IMG/VR virus record: IMGVR_UViG_2740892230_000021
Reading direction: 5' to 3' (one strand)
From: a virus
Taxonomy: Duplodnaviria > Heunggongvirae > Uroviricota > Caudoviricetes
Length of the DNA stretch: 4,195 bases
Positions 1 through 4,195 of the stretch are shown piece by piece. The first letter of the stretch is position 1, and the number at the start of each line of letters is the position of its first letter. The position numbers were made by a program, and so were the translations under genes. The notes below the pieces were generated by a model, which had not been told where the DNA came from, searched no databases, and saw nothing but the letters and a program-made list of their open reading frames with translations.

Positions 1-277
1 GCACGGAATCTTCATGCCAGCGGGTATCGCTGTAGCGCGTTTTTTGCTCATCCTCAGCATTGGCATAACTGAAGGACGTAATCAGCCCCAGCGCGTCCGT
101 AAACTCATAACGGTATTTCACGTTAATCCCGTTCAGATCATCGCTACCGGGAACGTTCGTCGAGGCATGGAGATACCCCGCGCTCAGCGTGGACTGATGT
201 TCTGCTGCACTCGCTGGCGTAGCAGCGGCGACCTGCCAGACTACTGCGGACAAAATAACAGTACATAATTTACGCAT
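1..277 (-). CDS. lom: Lom/Ail/PagC-family outer membrane protein, N-terminal 92 codons (copy 1; 3' end lies beyond window start)
   Basis: ATG at 277-275 (minus) with GAGAGG Shine-Dalgarno at 283-288. Hand translation: MRKLCTVILSAVVWQVAAATPASAAEHQSTLSAGYLHASTNVPGSDDLNGINVKYRYEFTDALGLITSFSYANAEDEQKTRYSDTRWHEDSV. Signal-peptide-like N-terminus followed by GINVKYRYEFTD and RYSDTRWHEDSV motifs as recalled for lambda Lom. Confidence 0.85.
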   Translation of the reverse strand, partial: MRKLCTVILSAVVWQVAAATPASAAEHQSTLSAGYLHASTNVPGSDDLNGINVKYRYEFTDALGLITSFSYANAEDEQKTRYSDTRWHEDSV

Positions 278-306
278 AATTACCTCTCGCTTTTCTNNNN
301 NNNNNN

Positions 307-546
307 CGTTTTTTGCTCATCTTTGGCATTGGCATAACTGAATGACGTCACCAGCCCCAGCGTGTCCGTAAATTCATAACGGTATTTCACGTTAATGCCC
401 TTCAGGTCATCACTGCCTGGCATATCAGTATGGGTCTGAAGATACCCGGCGCTTAGTGTGGACTGATGCTCTGCTGCGCTCGCTGGCGTACCAGCGGCAA
501 CCAGCCAGACTACTGCGGACAGAATAACAGCACATAATTTACGCAT
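307..546 (-). CDS. lom: Lom-family outer membrane protein, N-terminal 80 codons (copy 2; bounded by N gaps)
   Basis: ATG at 546-544 (minus), same SD (552-557). Translation from ORF track: MRKLCAVILSAVVWLVAAGTPASAAEHQSTLSAGYLQTHTDMPGSDDLKGINVKYRYEFTDTLGLVTSFSYANAKDEQKT. Homologous to copy 1 with many substitutions. Confidence 0.85.
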
Positions 547-575
547 AATTACCTCTCGCTTTTCTNNNNNNNNNN

Positions 576-660
576 CCTGCTGCTCAGACGCCCATGCAGG
601 CGCACCGGATACGGTCAGACAAATGGCTGCGGACAAAATGGCGGCATAAAGTTTACGCAT
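576..660 (-). CDS. lom: Lom outer membrane protein, first 28 codons (copy 3, lambda-like signal peptide; the copy physically linked to the J 3' end in this block)
   Basis: ATG at 660-658 (minus). Translation MRKLYAAILSAAICLTVSGAPAWASEQQ is near-identical to the lambda Lom signal peptide as recalled. Truncated by the N run at 566-575. Confidence 0.85.
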
Positions 661-665
661 AATTA

Positions 666-671
666 CCTCTC
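666..671 (-). promoter_or_regulatory. Shine-Dalgarno (GAGAGG) for lom copy 3, 5 nt upstream of the ATG
   Basis: Minus-strand sequence gcGAGAGGtaattATG. The same element precedes lom copies 1 and 2 (283-288, 552-557). Confidence 0.65.
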
Positions 672-681
672 GCTTTTCTGC

Positions 682-708
682 AATAAAAAAGGCACCATTT
701 CTGGTGCC
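682..708 (-). terminator. Putative intrinsic terminator downstream of J: 6-bp GC-rich stem (GGCACC / GGTGCC), 6-nt loop, then TTTTTTATT on the minus strand
   Basis: Plus-strand 691-708 ggcacc atttct ggtgcc is a perfect inverted repeat. On the minus strand it is followed by a T-tract (plus 682-690 aataaaaaa). It lies 20 nt after the J stop and about 20 nt before the lom ATG. Confidence 0.5.
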
Positions 709-727
709 CGTATCTGGGTTATAAAAT

Positions 728-1527
728 TCAGCTAATCGTGATGCCTGCAGTGGCTTTCTTCATCACAACAACCAGCAAATCGCTGATACTTGCTGTGGGA
801 TACCAGCCATTTACCAGCCATGCTGACACCGAAAACTCCAGTGTCATGTGACCGTGACCGGCAGGCATATCAATAACGCCACTGTAAATCAGCGTATTAT
901 CCAGCGCGGTACGGTTATAAATTTCAGCACCGTTTTTCCGCACTATCAGACGGCATGAGGAGTAAATATCAGTATGCTCTCTCTCATGCTTAGCGCCACT
1001 GAATGCCACAGCCGGAATAACAATTTGCCGGTCAAACGGCTGATCGTCATAAACCCTGACGGTAATGGTCCCTGATGGCCACCGCTCCGGTGCCCGGGAG
1101 TCACGGGGGAAAGCTTTGCCCACTGTTTTAACGAGATCGCCTTCAATCTGGTTCGCGGACAGTTTTCCCAGAACCCGGCAGTTCTCGTTAATCGTGACGT
1201 TGTTGAGCGTCCCGGAATTCGCATTCACGTTACCGCTGATATCAGCATTTCTTGCGGTCAGCCTGCCCTCCGGCGTCAGGGAAAACGTCGGGGGATTGGC
1301 GGACGAGGTGATACTCACCGCAAACAGCCGCTTCAGGAACACATCGTTCATGAACAACTGATTCCCCTGCGCCACAAATAACGGCGTGGTGTTGCCGTCC
1401 TCCGGGTTAATCATCGCAATACGGTCAGCCAGCAGCAGTATGTTGCTCAGGGGCTGGCCATCAGTATCCTCAATCCCCGCTCCAATACCGGCAACATAGG
1501 GTATGCCATTTTTTGTTTTCTGTACCT
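728..1527 (-). CDS. J: Host specificity / tail tip protein J, C-terminal about 266 codons including stop (divergent receptor-binding end)
   Basis: Stop TGA at 728-730 (minus). Translation ends ...[102 protein letters not shown]. Upstream [14 protein letters not shown] and [15 protein letters not shown] motifs match lambda J as recalled. Confidence 0.9.
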
Positions 1528-1537
1528 NNNNNNNNNN

Positions 1538-1693
<156 letters not shown>

Positions 1694-1703
1694 NNNNNNN
1701 NNN

Positions 1704-2138
<435 letters not shown>

Positions 2139-2148
2139 NNNNNNNNNN

Positions 2149-2578
2149 TTGCTGGCGTTATCTTCCGTCAGCTCAAAGTTTTCCAGCAGTTCCTTGCCGA
2201 GATGCGTTTTATTGATCAACCCTTTATAAAAATTCAGATAACCTTCCGCATCATCGCTCGCCCGACCAACGGCCTCCACAAATGCCGATTTACCAACGGT
2301 GTTCACGCTGCGGATATAAAAGTAATAATCATAACCCGGCTTAATATTGCTACTGGCGGCTATCCAGTACAGCGCCGTACCAAGATAACGCGCGCTGGTT
2401 TCAACCTGCCTGATATCGATAATCCGCTTTTCCGAGAACCAGAACTCAAACTGCACCGTCGGGTCATATACAGCCAGTTTCGGGACCGCTGTTATCTGAA
2501 AATACCCTGGTATCAGTTCAATAGTGACAGGCGCTGCCGGTGCCGCAATCCGGAACGATACCGACGCCGGATCGCCCT
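2149..2578 (-). CDS. J: J fragment (central region, variant B, overlapping variant A and extending toward the N-terminus)
   Basis: Translation [145 protein letters not shown] 2149-2430 is homologous to 1860-2138. Confidence 0.88.
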
Positions 2579-2588
2579 NNNNNNNNNN

Positions 2589-2776
2589 TGCCGGATCGCC
2601 CTGCTGTCCCCACGCATTTACCGCCCGGACTGTCAGTCTGTAGTTCCCCAGCGCCAGTTGCGTGAAGCGGTATGTGGTTTCCGTCGTCCGGGCCGTGCTG
2701 ACCAGCCGCTCACTGCCGTCATCCGCTGTTACGGTCAGACGGAGCAGGAAGCTCACGCCCTTCACCACCTTCGGCG
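2589..2776 (-). CDS. J: J fragment
   Basis: Translation PKVVKGVSFLLRLTVTADDGSERLVSTARTTETTYRFTQLALGNYRLTVRAVNAWGQQGDPA. About 13-bp sequence overlap (gccggatcgccct) with the end of block 2149-2578. Confidence 0.88.
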
Positions 2777-2786
2777 NNNNNNNNNN

Positions 2787-3101
2787 GCTGCCCCCACGCA
2801 TTTACTGCCCGGACTGTCAGCCTGTAGTTCCCCAGAGCCAGTTGTGTGAAGCGGTAAGTGGTTTCCGTCGTCCGGGCCGTGCTGACCAGCCGCTCACGGC
2901 CGTCATCCGCTGCCACGGTCAGGCGAAGCAGGAAGCTCACGCCCTTCACCACCTTCGGCGTGTCCCAGCGCGCCAGTACCTGATACTCCCCGCTGTCTGC
3001 AGTGACTTCGGCGGTCAGATGCTGCACTGCTGGCGGCGTGACACCATTCACCGTGCCGCTCTGGTCACCGTCAAAGTGCGCCCCGTTATCCACGATGGCC
3101 T
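2787..3101 (-). CDS. J: J fragment (variant overlapping 2589-2776 and extending toward the N-terminus)
   Basis: Translation AIVDNGAHFDGDQSGTVNGVTPPAVQHLTAEVTADSGEYQVLARWDTPKVVKGVSFLLRLTVAADDGRERLVSTARTTETTYRFTQLALGNYRLTVRAVNAWGQ. Differs from the previous block at a few residues (TVAADDGRE versus TVTADDGSE). Confidence 0.88.
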
Positions 3102-3111
3102 NNNNNNNNNN

Positions 3112-3467
3112 GTATTCCCCGCTGTCTGCGGTGACTTCTGCGGTCAGGTGCTGCACCGCTGGCGGCGTGACACCATTTACCGTGCCGCTCTGGTCGCCGT
3201 CAAAGTGCGCCCCGTTATCCACGATGGCCTCTTTTTCCGGTACATGCTGCACGGCGGTGATGGCATACGTGCCGTCGTCGTTCTCACGGATACTCACGCA
3301 GCGGAACAGGCGCTGGCGCAACGTCGGCAGCTTAAGCCCCCACACGCTGTATTCAGCAACACCGTCAGGAACCCGGCTCACTTTTACCTTCACGCCGTCG
3401 GTGACGGACTGGACCTCCACGCTGACCGGATTGCCACTTCCGTCAACCAGGCTTATCAGCGTGGTAC
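3112..3467 (-). CDS. J: J fragment
   Basis: Translation ...LISLVDGSGNPVSVEVQSVTDGVKVKVSRVPDGVAEYSVWGLKLPTLRQRLFRCVSIRENDDGTYAITAVQHVPEKEAIVDNGAHFDGDQSGTVNGVTPPAVQHLTAEVTADSGEY. Its low-coordinate end duplicates 2980-3101. Confidence 0.88.
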
Positions 3468-3477
3468 NNNNNNNNNN

Positions 3478-3659
3478 CTCCCCTGCCCGTCAACCAGGCT
3501 TATCAGCGTGGTGCCGGAAGATGGCAGCGTGATTTCACGGTCGAGCGTCAGCGTCCGGGTCTGGCTGTTTACCGCCAGCACGCGCCCGCCGGTGCGGATA
3601 CCGGCATAGTCATCATCGCAGATTTCAATGACATCGCCCGGTACATGGCGAAGCCCTTC
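3478..3659 (-). CDS. J: J fragment
   Basis: Translation EGLRHVPGDVIEICDDDYAGIRTGGRVLAVNSQTRTLTLDREITLPSSGTTLISLVDGQG. About 24-bp overlap with the high end of block 3112-3467. Confidence 0.88.
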
Positions 3660-3669
3660 NNNNNNNNNN

Positions 3670-3766
3670 CAGCCCCCATACGCTGTATTCAGCAACGCCG
3701 TCAGGAACACGGCTCACTTTCACCTTCACGCCGTCGGTGACGGACTGAACCTCCACGCTGACCGGA
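3670..3766 (-). CDS. J: J fragment, short allelic duplicate of 3343-3440, placed out of colinear order
   Basis: Translation PVSVEVQSVTDGVKVKVSRVPDGVAEYSVWGL. In J this stretch belongs C-terminal to the 3478-3659 block, but it sits on the N-terminal side of it. Confidence 0.8.
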
Positions 3767-3776
3767 NNNNNNNNNN

Positions 3777-3853
3777 AGCACCCACGCTGAAGTCCACGGT
3801 CTGCGTCTCCAGCAGCTCCGTTTTAATCAGCCACAGCCCGGCGCGGTGTGCCT
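3777..3853 (-). CDS. J: J fragment, short allelic duplicate of 3864-3940
   Basis: Translation AHRAGLWLIKTELLETQTVDFSVGA. DNA is near-identical to the start of the next block, with a few silent differences. Confidence 0.8.
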
Positions 3854-3863
3854 NNNNNNNNNN

Positions 3864-4081
3864 GGCACCCACGCTGAAGTCCACGGTCTGCGTTTCCAGC
3901 AGTTCTGTTTTAATCAGCCACAGCCCGGCGCGGTGTGCCTGCCCCCGGCTGGTACAGCCAAAAGCATCCATCTTCGTGACGTTACGACCGTAACGGGCAA
4001 TGGCCTGCGTGTCCTCCACAAGCTCTGTCGCCGTCTCCCAGCCGTTATTCGGGTCAATCCAGTTCACCTCAACGGCATTAT
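3864..4081 (-). CDS. J: J fragment
   Basis: Translation NAVEVNWIDPNNGWETATELVEDTQAIARYGRNVTKMDAFGCTSRGQAHRAGLWLIKTELLETQTVDFSVGA, matching lambda J as recalled. Confidence 0.88.
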
Positions 4082-4091
4082 NNNNNNNNNN

Positions 4092-4195
4092 ATCTTCAAC
4101 AAGCTCTGTCGCCGTCTCCCAGCCGTTGTTCGGGTCAATCCAGTTCACCTCAACGGCATTATGGCGGTCCTTCAGGGCGCTGAAGCTGTAGCGGA
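4092..4195 (-). CDS. J: J fragment (runs off the window end; 5' part of the gene not in window)
   Basis: Hand translation in the frame starting at 4193: RYSFSALKDRHNAVEVNWIDPNNGWETATELVED. Its low-coordinate end duplicates 4005-4081. The M at 4148 in the ORF track is a GTG (internal Val) called as a start. Confidence 0.88.

Noticed and set aside
14-268. Plus-strand ORF (84 aa)
   Set aside because: Antisense to the lom copy 1 coding sequence, which has a proper SD and start and Lom homology on the minus strand.
280-660. Single 126-aa minus-strand ORF spanning all three lom starts
   Set aside because: Read-through artefact across two N runs. The sequence is really three separate truncated lom 5' ends, each with its own ATG and SD.
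700-800. Possible sigma70 promoter for lom in the 3' end of J (tataac at 724-729 on the minus strand)
   Set aside because: No acceptable -35 at 16-18 bp spacing (best candidates such as aggcat match poorly), and a start there would run straight into the hairpin and T-tract. Left as an open question in the findings and not called as a feature.
946-1361. Minus-strand ORF 946-1224 and plus-strand ORF 1065-1361 and 1768-1950
   Set aside because: Alternate-frame or antisense ORFs nested inside the J coding region, with no start context or homology.
2662-3609. Plus-strand ORF (315 aa), with the overlapping plus-strand ORFs 3002-3532, 3628-3993 and 4000-4191
   Set aside because: Same reasoning: they lie opposite confidently identified J coding sequence, span N gaps and have no recognisable motifs.

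Overview
The window is the J-lom junction of a lambda-like (lambdoid) prophage tail module, and every gene in it is on the minus strand. It holds the 3' portion of the tail tip/host-specificity gene J (stop codon at 728-730, 5' end beyond 4195), a short intergenic hairpin plus T-tract, and the 5' end of the outer-membrane 'moron' gene lom. The sequence is not contiguous: thirteen runs of exactly 10 N split it into 14 blocks, and most neighbouring blocks are diverged copies of the same J or lom stretch. I read this as contigs from several related prophage copies concatenated in a draft scaffold, not as real tandem repeats. The long plus-strand ORFs are antisense shadows of J. I see no evidence of a novel defence, toxin or biosynthetic system; the points worth a second look are the multi-copy/mosaic prophage structure, the divergent J C-terminal domain and the J-lom intergenic hairpin. 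Comparisons with phage lambda J and Lom are from memory of those proteins, not from a database search.
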